Of a stretch of DNA of 64,000 nucleotides, positions 19,809 through 30,323 are shown in pieces. The notes beneath the pieces were generated by a model. That model was not told the DNA's origin. It saw only the letters and a list, made by a program, of their open reading frames with translations, and did no database searches. Positions within the stretch are counted from its first letter, which is position 1, and every line of letters starts with the position of its first letter. Source of the stretch: a virus (lineage: Duplodnaviria; Caudoviricetes); IMG/VR virus record IMGVR_UViG_3300028591_000096; one strand, written 5' to 3'. A program made the translations under genes and the position numbers.

Positions 19809-19816
19809 TATTTATC
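19809..19816 (-). promoter_or_regulatory. Class III late promoter GATAAATA
   Basis: About 25 nt upstream of the structural operon. Confidence 0.75.
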
Positions 19817-19881
19817 TATAAATTATGATTAAGTAAATTTTTGAAATGCATTTTTAATTCGATAAATATTCGTAACGAAGT

Positions 19882-19918
19882 TTTAATCAATTTCGATAGT
19901 TTAACGTATAATAATATA
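19882..19918 (+). promoter_or_regulatory. Class II bipartite promoter
   Basis: TTTAAT-N18-GTATAATAATATA. Confidence 0.65.
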
Positions 19919-20179
19919 AAGAGTATAGTTTATAATAACATTAATATTTATAAAAATTCATGATATGTTTTTATATAATATATAAAAATAAAAGAAACAA
20001 AACGTAATATATTATTACAAGATTTAGGTACACATAAAAACTTCTATATTAAGTCGTTGGAATATATTATGATTTAAAAATCCAATACTATATAAACTTT
20101 TTCTATATGAAACACATACAGAGTTTTCAAGACGTTTTTCGAAGACTAGTCTAATATAAAATTTTATAACAATTTTGAT

Positions 20180-20470
20180 ATGATTAATAAAAAAACACGA
20201 TCTGAAAAAAGATCCAATGACTTAGCAAGATTGAAGCGACTGCTAAAAAACGGTGTCGTTGAATTTAGCTACAAGAAAAAGGATGGAAGTGTAAGAAAAG
20301 CAAAAGGAACTCTTAAGGATGAACTCATTCCAGAAACTGATAGGGATGATGAAAGAAAGAAAAACCTAAGTAAAGAATGCTTCTATTACTTTGATTTAAA
20401 ACGAGATGATTTCCGATGTTTCCTTAGAGATAATTTTTTAGAAATCAAGGAGAAGAAAGATAGAAAATAA
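20180..20470 (+). CDS. WYL_2/DUF2693-like SH3 beta-barrel protein
   Basis: GVVEFSYKKKDGSVRKAKGTL...YYFDLKRDDFRCF matches the family signature. Confidence 0.75.
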   Translation: MINKKTRSEKRSNDLARLKRLLKNGVVEFSYKKKDGSVRKAKGTLKDELIPETDRDDERKKNLSKECFYYFDLKRDDFRCFLRDNFLEIKEKKDRK

Positions 20471-20493
20471 ACAATAAAAACAATTATAGAAAA

Positions 20494-21456
20494 ATGGCAA
20501 AGAAAACATCAACAAAATCTACAGGTGGATCGATATTTGATATTGTGAAAAGTTTTGATGAATCGGCAGAGATTCTTGGTAAAAGTAAGACAGCAGTTAT
20601 CAGTGACTATATTGATACTGGTAGCTATATTCTTAATGCTTGCATATCTGGTTCACTTTTAAAGGGCGTTCCTGCTGGAAGATGTACTGTTTTGGCTGGA
20701 GATCCTGGAACTGGAAAAACGTTCCTCGCTATAAGTGTATGTAGAAATGCTCAAAAGAAAGGATATACACCGATATATTTGGATTCTGAATCTGCTATAG
20801 ATCTTGAATTTGTTAAACGTCTTGGATGTGATCCAGATAATTTTATCATAAAACAGGTTACAACAGTTTCAGAAGTATCGACTTTTATTGCTCGTACATG
20901 CAAATCTGTGTTAGATCTTCCAGAAAACGAAAGACCTAAACTTATTTTTGTTCTTGATTCTCTTGGAAACTTAACATCAGATAAAGAGTTAAATGATACA
21001 ATAGATGGAAATGACAAGAGAGATATGACAAGAGCACAAGCGGTAAAGGCTTTATTTAGAACTAATGCAACAGCATTAGGAAAAATACAAGCACCTTTTA
21101 TTGTAAATGCACATATTTATAAAACACAGGATCTTTTTGCAAAAACAATTGTCTCTGGTGGATGTTTGGTTCCAGAAGAAAAGATCATAACAAAAAATGG
21201 AATAAAATCTATAGAAAATATAGTTGTTGGTGATCAAGTTTTAACGGTTGATGGAACATTTAAGGATGTTGTGAAAACGTTTATTTATGAAAAACCAACA
21301 ATCAAATTTACATTCGAAGGAGGAAAAACAATAGAGTGTAGCGAAGATCATAAATTTTTGGTTGGAGAAGATCCAACAGTTGAAGAAAACTGGAAAGTAG
21401 CAAAAGATTTAAATGAAAATGATTTCGTTTATGAAATTGTTTCTGATGGTATTTAA
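20494..21456 (+). CDS. uvsX: UvsX/RecA recombinase N-terminal half (223 aa) fused to split-intein N-fragment (97 aa)
   Basis: IDTGSYILN, GDPGTGKT Walker A, LDSE, VLDSLGNL, RAQ; then ...SGG|CLVPEE (intein block A) and IECSEDHKFLV (block B). Confidence 0.9.
   Translation: MAKKTSTKSTGGSIFDIVKSFDESAEILGKSKTAVISDYIDTGSYILNACISGSLLKGVPAGRCTVLAGDPGTGKTFLAISVCRNAQKKGYTPIYLDSESAIDLEFVKRLGCDPDNFIIKQVTTVSEVSTFIARTCKSVLDLPENERPKLIFVLDSLGNLTSDKELNDTIDGNDKRDMTRAQAVKALFRTNATALGKIQAPFIVNAHIYKTQDLFAKTIVSGGCLVPEEKIITKNGIKSIENIVVGDQVLTVDGTFKDVVKTFIYEKPTIKFTFEGGKTIECSEDHKFLVGEDPTVEENWKVAKDLNENDFVYEIVSDGI
21163..21453 (+). mobile_element. Split intein N-fragment (IntN)
   Basis: Starts at Cys1 (TGT 21163); KSIENIVVGDQVLT and CSEDH motifs; acidic C-terminal tail; no endonuclease domain. 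Confidence 0.9.
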
Positions 21457-21535
21457 AAATTATTTTTACCTCCAGAATTAGTGATAGTTTTTTAAGGATA
21501 AAAAATTTTTGAAAACAGAAAAATTAATAAGATAA

Positions 21536-21661
21536 ATGAATCAATACAGAAAATTAAAAATACTACAGAAAGTAGAATCATGTTGTAGTAAAAAGGTGTG
21601 TGATTTGTGTGTTGATAAAAATCATACATATATTTCAGAAAACGGTATTATTAATCATAAT
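21536..21661 (+). mobile_element. Split intein C-fragment (IntC)
   Basis: Own ATG directly after an in-frame TAA; basic N-terminus; ends in HN followed by Ser. Confidence 0.9.
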
Positions 21662-22219
21662 TCTGGAATAAATTTTAACGCTTCAGTAACACTTCTATTA
21701 TCAACAGCAAAACTTGATGATAAGCAATCTGATAAGATAGCTGAAAATAAAGTTGGTGAATTTACGAAAACGGGTGTCGTTGTAACAGCAAAGCCAGAGA
21801 AGTCAAGATTCACAATTCCACAGAAAGTTAAATTCCAGATACCATTCTTTAAAGCACCAAATCCTTATGTTGGTCTTGAATCATATATAACTTGGGATAA
21901 TTCTGGTATAATGAGAGGAAAACTCATTACGGATAAAGAATATAATAAACTTTCTGATCTTGAAAAGAATCTTTGTTGTGAGATGAAGGATTCTGAAGGA
22001 AAACTTTGTTACGCTTATCCAAAAGAAACATCAAAGAACATTGTTGTGAAACATCTTGGTTGTGAGTTACCTGCTGTAGAATTATTCTCATCGAAAGTTC
22101 TCACCGAAGAAGTTTTAAGAAACCTGGATGAAACTATTATCAAGCCAAGTTTCGAGTTACCGTCAAATTCTGGTAATGATGACATTGAGGAACTCTTAAA
22201 TATTGATGATGGAGAATAA
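21536..22219 (+). CDS. uvsX: Split-intein C-fragment (42 aa) fused to UvsX/RecA C-terminal half (185 aa)
   Basis: KKVCDLCVDKNHTYISENGIINHN|S (blocks F/G, terminal His-Asn, Ser+1); then GINFNASVTLLL...KSRF (RecA C-terminal core). Confidence 0.9.
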   Translation: MNQYRKLKILQKVESCCSKKVCDLCVDKNHTYISENGIINHNSGINFNASVTLLLSTAKLDDKQSDKIAENKVGEFTKTGVVVTAKPEKSRFTIPQKVKFQIPFFKAPNPYVGLESYITWDNSGIMRGKLITDKEYNKLSDLEKNLCCEMKDSEGKLCYAYPKETSKNIVVKHLGCELPAVELFSSKVLTEEVLRNLDETIIKPSFELPSNSGNDDIEELLNIDDGE

Positions 22220-22667
22220 ATTTGAAGCTATAGAAAACAAATTTACAGAAAGACGTGATTATTGGATCAAATGGATAGAGGATATGAACAATAGCCTTAA
22301 ATCTATTGATACGGTTGTCAATCTTCAGGGTGTTGTTTATACAAAAAGACAGGAGGCTGTGGAGAATTATCATTCTCTTGCGGCAACTATTGCTAAATAC
22401 TCTAAGAAATATAAAGAAAATTCTGCAAGATTGTATAAAGACATCCGTCTTATGAAAACTGCACAAGGTGCTGCAACTTTCATGTTTACAACAGAATCTG
22501 CAATAAGAGAACAGATAGAATCTCAACTTTCAGATGATAAATATCTAATAGATATTATGGAGTCTCATCTTGGATATCTTGATAATACGATTAAAACTAT
22601 TGATGGAATTATATTTGCAATAAACAATCGTATTAGAATTGAAGAAATAAAGATAGGTAAAAACTAA
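22203..22667 (+). CDS. uvsY: UvsY-like recombination mediator
   Basis: Helical 154-aa protein immediately after uvsX; C-terminal TIKTIDGIIFAINNRI resembles UvsY. Confidence 0.6.
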   Translation: MMMENKFEAIENKFTERRDYWIKWIEDMNNSLKSIDTVVNLQGVVYTKRQEAVENYHSLAATIAKYSKKYKENSARLYKDIRLMKTAQGAATFMFTTESAIREQIESQLSDDKYLIDIMESHLGYLDNTIKTIDGIIFAINNRIRIEEIKIGKN

Positions 22668-23239
22668 TGAATACTCAAACGTATAAGAAAAATCACCCAC
22701 CAAAACATATAATGGAAAATGATTCTGGGAAACCACATCAAGGTATATACGTTCCACAGAATCCAGAGAAAGTTATAGGTGGTGATATCATATATAGATC
22801 TGGATGGGAACTTGCGTTTGCTCAATGGTGTGATAGAAATACATGTGTTGTTGAATGGGGTGGTGAGCCAATGTGTGTACAATACAGAAACCCAGCTGGC
22901 GTTGACTTTGATGCATGCAAGAAATTTGGCGCTAATCCGCAGGATCCAATGAATTGGCCAGTGGCAAATTATTACCCAGACTTCTATGTTAATCTTAAAA
23001 ACGATGAAGGTGACGAATTAAAGCTTATTATAGAAATTAAGCCTAAATATCAAACTGAACGTCCAGTGTCTTCGCTTTATGGATCAAAGCTTAAAGAACA
23101 GAAAGCATATGTGAATGCTGTAAAGACATATCTTCAGAACAAAGCTAAATGGGAAGCTGCTATAAAATGGTGTGAAGAAAAAGGATTTGAATTCAAAGTG
23201 TATACAGAGGATACTCTAGAAAAAATGGGTATTATTTAG
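22667..23239 (+). CDS. Head completion nuclease, T4 gp4-like (TnsA-like fold)
   Basis: YRSGWE, WCD, YYPDF, IEIKP, NKAKWEAA, FKVYTE motifs. Confidence 0.88.
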   Translation: MNTQTYKKNHPPKHIMENDSGKPHQGIYVPQNPEKVIGGDIIYRSGWELAFAQWCDRNTCVVEWGGEPMCVQYRNPAGVDFDACKKFGANPQDPMNWPVANYYPDFYVNLKNDEGDELKLIIEIKPKYQTERPVSSLYGSKLKEQKAYVNAVKTYLQNKAKWEAAIKWCEEKGFEFKVYTEDTLEKMGII

Positions 23240-23241
23240 AA

Positions 23242-23898
23242 ATGAAATATCTTGAGACTTATATGAATTCTGATAGAGGTCAAATAGAGAAAGAAGCATT
23301 TGACTTTCTTATTACAGATCTTCTATCAAGAAATTTAAGAGGTGTTGATAAACAGAGAACACTTACAGCACATAACATGGAAGATTCACTTAAAAATCAA
23401 TTCGTACCTTCTATGTTCTATCTTCTTATGTATGCTAAATCTGATAAACCAGAGGTAATAGGAAAAAATGAATTTTATGATGTGTGCCCTCTTATCATGT
23501 GTCTTAATGCGAATAATAAATTTGTAACTGGCCTTAACTTCAATTTCATACCTAATGATGTTAGAGCGAGAATAATGGATCTGATAGTAGAAAGTAATCA
23601 GAAGTTCTATCATGAAATGGAAACAAGTAACATCAATAGTATAAAGGCAAACAATCCATTAGGATCGATGCTTATATCAGATAAAGGTGTATCATCATTT
23701 TTGTTATTTGTAAAATCAAAAACTGGATTAGATATTTCTAAATGTGTAAGAACATATTATAGAAAGAATATCATGAATGTAAGGCTTATTGAATATGATG
23801 AGTGGCGTTATATACCATATTTGTCGTTTAAGGACTCAATTAGAGGTTCAAGTCTAGCAAGTGTTCAACGTGATGTAATTATTGGAAGTGATGCTTAA
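23242..23898 (+). CDS. DNA end protector, T4 gp2-like
   Basis: FYDVCPLI...GLNFNFIP...R motif; adjacent to gp4 and portal. Confidence 0.7.
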   Translation: MKYLETYMNSDRGQIEKEAFDFLITDLLSRNLRGVDKQRTLTAHNMEDSLKNQFVPSMFYLLMYAKSDKPEVIGKNEFYDVCPLIMCLNANNKFVTGLNFNFIPNDVRARIMDLIVESNQKFYHEMETSNINSIKANNPLGSMLISDKGVSSFLLFVKSKTGLDISKCVRTYYRKNIMNVRLIEYDEWRYIPYLSFKDSIRGSSLASVQRDVIIGSDA

Positions 23899-23900
23899 CA

Positions 23901-23908
23901 GATAAATA
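23901..23908 (+). promoter_or_regulatory. Class III late promoter GATAAATA
   Basis: Directly upstream of portal. Confidence 0.8.
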
Positions 23909-23933
23909 GTTAAAATAATAAAAGACATTATAG

Positions 23934-25718
23934 ATGCCTCGATATATATTAAAATCGCTTGGTTCTAGTATTGCTCAAGTAAATCAGGGAGCAAATAGAG
24001 CGTTTGAGAGAAACCTTCTCAATCTTAGTGCTCTTGGAATAAAATGGAATAGCTCTTTAATAAAGCAGATAAGAACGAATGATGATTTCGATGCTGCAAA
24101 TGATACAGGTCTCGGTAATGTAAACCGTTCAATGTTTGCTGGTGATGATTTGTTTACAAGACAGTACGAAAATCTTGCTGGAAATAACAAGTTCATAGCA
24201 TTCTACGATCAGACTTACCAAATGAGAAGAGACTTTCTTCGTAAATTTGCTTTGCAGGGTGAGATTGATTATGTGTTGGATACTATTGCAGATGAAGTGA
24301 TAGTTAATGATGAGATGCATTATTTTGCATATCCGAACACAAAGCAACTAAGATCAATACTGAAGCCAGAACATGGTAAGAAGATAGTTGATGAGATAAA
24401 TGCATCATATAGAAGAATTTATCACATGTTCCACTTTAATGAATCTAACGACGCATGGCACTATGTGAAGAAATTTCTCGTTGATGGATTCCTTGCATTT
24501 GAGATCATATATTCAGATAAGAAGTCAAATAAAAATGTTGCATCTGATATTATTGGATTCAAGGAACTTGATCCTATTACTTTACAACCAGAAATAAGAA
24601 TTAATAGTAAAGGTCAAGAATATAAAGTGTGGGTTATTAATAAGGGTGATAAGCAGAATGAAAGGGAACTTCTTGACACAAATGTAATTTATATTTCATG
24701 GGCTAAGACTAATTTCGTATCACATTTTTCATATTGTGAACGTCTTATTCGTTCATTTAATATGCTCAGAACACTTGAGAATAGCCGTATAATATGGAAT
24801 CTACAGAATGCGCAAAAGAGAATAAAGATTGTTGTTCCGATTGGAACCGAATCCGACCAGGTTGCGAGGACAAGACTTAGACAACTTGAAGCGTATTATA
24901 AGGAAGATATAGTTGTTGATAATATGTCTGGTGAAATCACTGTTAATGGGCAACCTAAGTTCACATTTGCAAAGACTATGGTTTTCCCATCAAAGGAAGG
25001 AACCACAACAGAGATAAGTGAGATTGGTATAGAGGGACATGACATGAATTCTACTGAACAACTTAAGTGGTTCTGGCAGAGATTCATGATTGAATCAAAA
25101 CTTCCAAAAGATCGTTTTAATATGATCTTTGATGGAAATGAAATGTCAGCTATTCCAGACAATAGCAATATGACACGAGAAGAATACAGATTCTCTCTGT
25201 TCATAAATCAGATTAGAGATATTTTCCAGGAAATAGTAATAAAACCAACATGGCTTCAGTTCTCACTTCATAATCCTTCTTTTGCTGGAAATGATGTTAT
25301 TAAGAATTCATTAGGTCTTGATTTTGTTGAGGAAAATATTTTTAAACTTGGAAAGGAGAATGCTGTTCTTCAAATTTCATCACAAATTATACAAACTCTT
25401 TCTGGATTAAACGGTACAGATGGAAAACCTGTATTTCCTATGAAGTATTTGTGTCAGAAATACCTTAACATCAATGATGACGAATGGAAGCTTATCGACA
25501 AGATGAAAAAACAGGAGGAAGAAGAAGCTCAGAATTCTGGAGCACAAGGTATAGAAGGACCTGATACTGGATTTGGAACAGGATCTGAATTTGGATTTGG
25601 AGGAGAATCTGGAGGATTTGGTGAAGGTGCAGGTGGTGGGTTTGAATCTGAACCAGAACCAGCACCAGAACCAGAAATGTCAACAGAACCAGAACCAGCA
25701 CCTGAGCCTACTATATAA
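23934..25718 (+). CDS. Portal vertex protein, T4 gp20-like
   Basis: EIDYVLDTIADEVIV, KKFLVDG, ELDP, RTLENSRIIW, TEISEI motifs; acidic Gly/Pro-rich tail; late motif at 23901. Confidence 0.9.
   Translation: MPRYILKSLGSSIAQVNQGANRAFERNLLNLSALGIKWNSSLIKQIRTNDDFDAANDTGLGNVNRSMFAGDDLFTRQYENLAGNNKFIAFYDQTYQMRRDFLRKFALQGEIDYVLDTIADEVIVNDEMHYFAYPNTKQLRSILKPEHGKKIVDEINASYRRIYHMFHFNESNDAWHYVKKFLVDGFLAFEIIYSDKKSNKNVASDIIGFKELDPITLQPEIRINSKGQEYKVWVINKGDKQNERELLDTNVIYISWAKTNFVSHFSYCERLIRSFNMLRTLENSRIIWNLQNAQKRIKIVVPIGTESDQVARTRLRQLEAYYKEDIVVDNMSGEITVNGQPKFTFAKTMVFPSKEGTTTEISEIGIEGHDMNSTEQLKWFWQRFMIESKLPKDRFNMIFDGNEMSAIPDNSNMTREEYRFSLFINQIRDIFQEIVIKPTWLQFSLHNPSFAGNDVIKNSLGLDFVEENIFKLGKENAVLQISSQIIQTLSGLNGTDGKPVFPMKYLCQKYLNINDDEWKLIDKMKKQEEEEAQNSGAQGIEGPDTGFGTGSEFGFGGESGGFGEGAGGGFESEPEPAPEPEMSTEPEPAPEPTI
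25560..25712 (+). repeat. Low-complexity Gly-Phe-Gly and EPEPAP repeats in portal C-terminus
   Basis: GGATTTGGA and GAACCAGAACCAGCACC units seen directly. Confidence 0.8.
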
Positions 25719-25721
25719 AAC

Positions 25722-25757
25722 AAAAAGGTTGGATTTTATGTCCAACCTTTATTTTTT
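25722..25757. terminator. Bidirectional intrinsic terminator
   Basis: AAAGGTTGGA-TTTTATG-TCCAACCTTT between convergent genes. Confidence 0.8.
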
Positions 25758-26484
25758 AATCTAAGCATATATAATCGTTTAAAAGACCAGGATACTTTGA
25801 AATAATTGAGTTTCTTGTTTTTGCTAAGTCGCTTTCGTAGTTAGGATTCGATGCATATCTATGACCGTTATGGTTTACAAAATTTTGCAAAAGTTGGTCA
25901 ATTTCCTTTTTTCCATTCATCAAATAGTCTCTTTTGATTATTTTTATAAATGGAATAATAGATGAATCTTGATCTGCGTACTTTACAACATCTCTTCCGT
26001 CATCATATGCACCAATAGAAAACATACTGTTTGTTTTTTGTGCTCTTTTTGTTGTGCCAAAATGCGATTCTATTTGTAATTGGGCTAATAGTAATGGTAA
26101 ATCATATCCATACTGATATGAAGCAAGAACTAAGTTGTCTGGGTTAAATCTCAAGTCTGATAATGTTTTACCGTGTTTAGATAGAATATCTGAAATATAT
26201 TCCTTAACAAGTTTCTCCTTTTTAACTATATTTTTATAGTCTATATTGTTTATTCCATATGGATTATTATATTCTATCATGTTATCTTCTTTCTTTGATC
26301 CATTTTTTGGAAGATCCATAATAGATGATCCAGCAATAATACCAGCTCCTATTAAAGCGGCTAATTTCTTTTTGCTGAATCCTTCATTTAATAACCGTTC
26401 TGCGCCATATCTTTCAACAAGAACGGTGAGTTTGTTTTCATCTATATTAGAAAGTTTTTTCAGATCATGTTTGTTATTAATCAT
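25756..26484 (-). CDS. GH73 glucosaminidase-like peptidoglycan hydrolase with N-terminal leader and hydrophobic segment
   Basis: LAQLQIESHFG...NSMFSIGAYD...YASNPNY motifs. Confidence 0.78.
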   Translation of the reverse strand: MINNKHDLKKLSNIDENKLTVLVERYGAERLLNEGFSKKKLAALIGAGIIAGSSIMDLPKNGSKKEDNMIEYNNPYGINNIDYKNIVKKEKLVKEYISDILSKHGKTLSDLRFNPDNLVLASYQYGYDLPLLLAQLQIESHFGTTKRAQKTNSMFSIGAYDDGRDVVKYADQDSSIIPFIKIIKRDYLMNGKKEIDQLLQNFVNHNGHRYASNPNYESDLAKTRNSIISKYPGLLNDYICLD

Positions 26485-26517
26485 ACCAGAAAAGTATTAT
26501 AATTCTTTAATATTAGA

Positions 26518-26754
26518 CTAGTCTTTAAAAACACCAGTCATACACCCCCAGCAAACATCACTAAGTCCTTTTGTTGTATATCCTGGTTTGAATCCATATG
26601 ATGTGGATGCTTGAAAACATTTGCTTGAATTATATTTCTTGTCTAGTTCATTTCTCATACTAGCATAACTTCCAGGTTGATTTGGGTTAAGGTTTCCCTG
26701 TGGGACCATTTTACCACAATTAACATCAACAAGTTTCATATCGTTGTTTTTCAT
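26518..26754 (-). CDS. Small hypothetical late protein
   Basis: 78-aa ORF downstream of GATAAATA at 26777-26784 (-). Confidence 0.55.
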   Translation of the reverse strand: MKNNDMKLVDVNCGKMVPQGNLNPNQPGSYASMRNELDKKYNSSKCFQASTSYGFKPGYTTKGLSDVCWGCMTGVFKD

Positions 26755-26812
26755 TTGTCAACATATAGTTTTTTATTATTTATCTTAAACGTATTTCCGA
26801 ATTGCAAAATAA

Positions 26813-26827
26813 GTTGTATATTTGCAA
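26813..26827 (+). promoter_or_regulatory. Class I promoter
   Basis: GTTGTATATTTGCAA upstream of the OFA transporter/ligA. Confidence 0.8.
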
Positions 26828-26879
26828 CATGATAAAATATTTTAATAAATAACTCACGCATAAAATAAAAAATAAAAGG

Positions 26880-28055
26880 ATGAGTTTTTTAAATAACAAA
26901 TGGTTTAGAGCTGCTATACCAGCATTATTTATACATGCTTGTATAGGCAGCGTTTATTGCTGGAGTCTACTAAAGGGAGAAATGGCTTCAGACATAGGAT
27001 GTTCTGTATCGTCAATAGAGTTTGCATTCTCTCTTGCTATTTTCTTTCTTGGCATGTCAGCAGCATTTGGTGGAGGATTTGTAGAAAGAAATGTAAAATT
27101 TGCATCGGTTACATCTCTTGCATGTTTTGTTTCTGGTTTGTTAGGATCCGTTCTATCAATAAAATTACATAGTTCAACTGGACTTATGTTAAGTTATGGG
27201 TGTCTTATGGGTATAGGACTAGGTATAGGATATCTTTCACCAGTAAAGACATTAATGCTATGGTTTAGTGAACATAAAGGATTAGCAACTGGTATAGCTA
27301 TATCTGGTTTTGGTTTATCAAAGGTTCTATTTTCTCCGTTTATTACATGGTGTAATGGTGCTTATTGTGTATGTACAACATTATCGTTAATGGCTGCAAT
27401 ATCTGTTGTTTTGATGTCTGTTGCAGCATATTTGATTAGAAAACCAGATGGATGGGTTGAACCAAAAACAAAACTCAGTATATCAGAGAGCTGGCATATA
27501 ATAAAAGATCTAACATACTTAAAAATATGGTTTATATTCTATATTAACATTACATGTGGTCTTGCTCTTATTTCGTTTGAAAAAAATTTAGGATTATCTG
27601 TTGGTATAGCTAGTGTAGGATTATTAGCGTCATTGACAGCGTTATTTAATACATTTGGAAGATTTTGTTATTCTACAGTATCAGATTATCTGAAGAAGAA
27701 AGAAATTATATATATGATTATTTTTGGATCTTCTGCTATATCAATAATACTTGGTATGTCTCTTATGACAATGCTTCCTATTGTAATTTTACTTTGTGTT
27801 ATCAATGCTGGTTATGGTGGAGGATTTTCTACTCTTCCAACGTTGCTTCAGAGTAAATTTGGAATGGAAAAGATAAGCACTATACATGGTTTTGCTCTAT
27901 CTGCATGGGCTTGGGCTGGATTATCTGGAAATCAGTTATCAAATTTAATAATAAACAGAATGAATCTTTCATATGAATATCTGTTTGTTGTTCTTCTTGT
28001 TTTGTATGTAACAAGTTTTATTGTAACTCTTAATCTTAAAAAGTCTTTACATTAA
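26880..28055 (+). CDS. OFA-family (oxalate:formate antiporter-like) MFS transporter
   Basis: About 12 hydrophobic segments; CIGSVYCWS, GIGLGIGYLSPVKTLMLWF, KGLATGIAISGFG, YGGGFSTLP, IHG motifs. Confidence 0.88.
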   Translation: MSFLNNKWFRAAIPALFIHACIGSVYCWSLLKGEMASDIGCSVSSIEFAFSLAIFFLGMSAAFGGGFVERNVKFASVTSLACFVSGLLGSVLSIKLHSSTGLMLSYGCLMGIGLGIGYLSPVKTLMLWFSEHKGLATGIAISGFGLSKVLFSPFITWCNGAYCVCTTLSLMAAISVVLMSVAAYLIRKPDGWVEPKTKLSISESWHIIKDLTYLKIWFIFYINITCGLALISFEKNLGLSVGIASVGLLASLTALFNTFGRFCYSTVSDYLKKKEIIYMIIFGSSAISIILGMSLMTMLPIVILLCVINAGYGGGFSTLPTLLQSKFGMEKISTIHGFALSAWAWAGLSGNQLSNLIINRMNLSYEYLFVVLLVLYVTSFIVTLNLKKSLH

Positions 28056-30230
<2,175 letters not shown>

Positions 30231-30304
30231 TTATCATATAATACATTAAACGATGGATTGATCAAAAAATAAAAAAGATAGATCCTTTCTTATTTGGATT
30301 AAAA

Positions 30305-30319
30305 GTTGTATATTTGCAA
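30305..30319 (+). promoter_or_regulatory. Class I promoter
   Basis: GTTGTATATTTGCAA upstream of the helicase-sigma operon. Confidence 0.8.
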
Positions 30320-30323
30320 CAGA

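Noticed and set aside
21454-21538. Ribosomal bypass or frameshift joining the two uvsX ORFs into one cis-splicing intein
   Set aside because: A TAA lies immediately before the second ATG in its frame, and the fragments have the size and charge pattern of trans-splicing inteins.
25560-25712. Short tandem repeats as a possible CRISPR array or contingency locus
   Set aside because: They are in-frame low-complexity codons of the portal tail, with no repeat-spacer structure. Acidic repeats at 49440-49880 were rejected for the same reason.
30306-30323. TTG start for the DinG-like helicase given in the ORF track
   Set aside because: It falls inside the conserved promoter 15-mer; ATG 30324 is more plausible.
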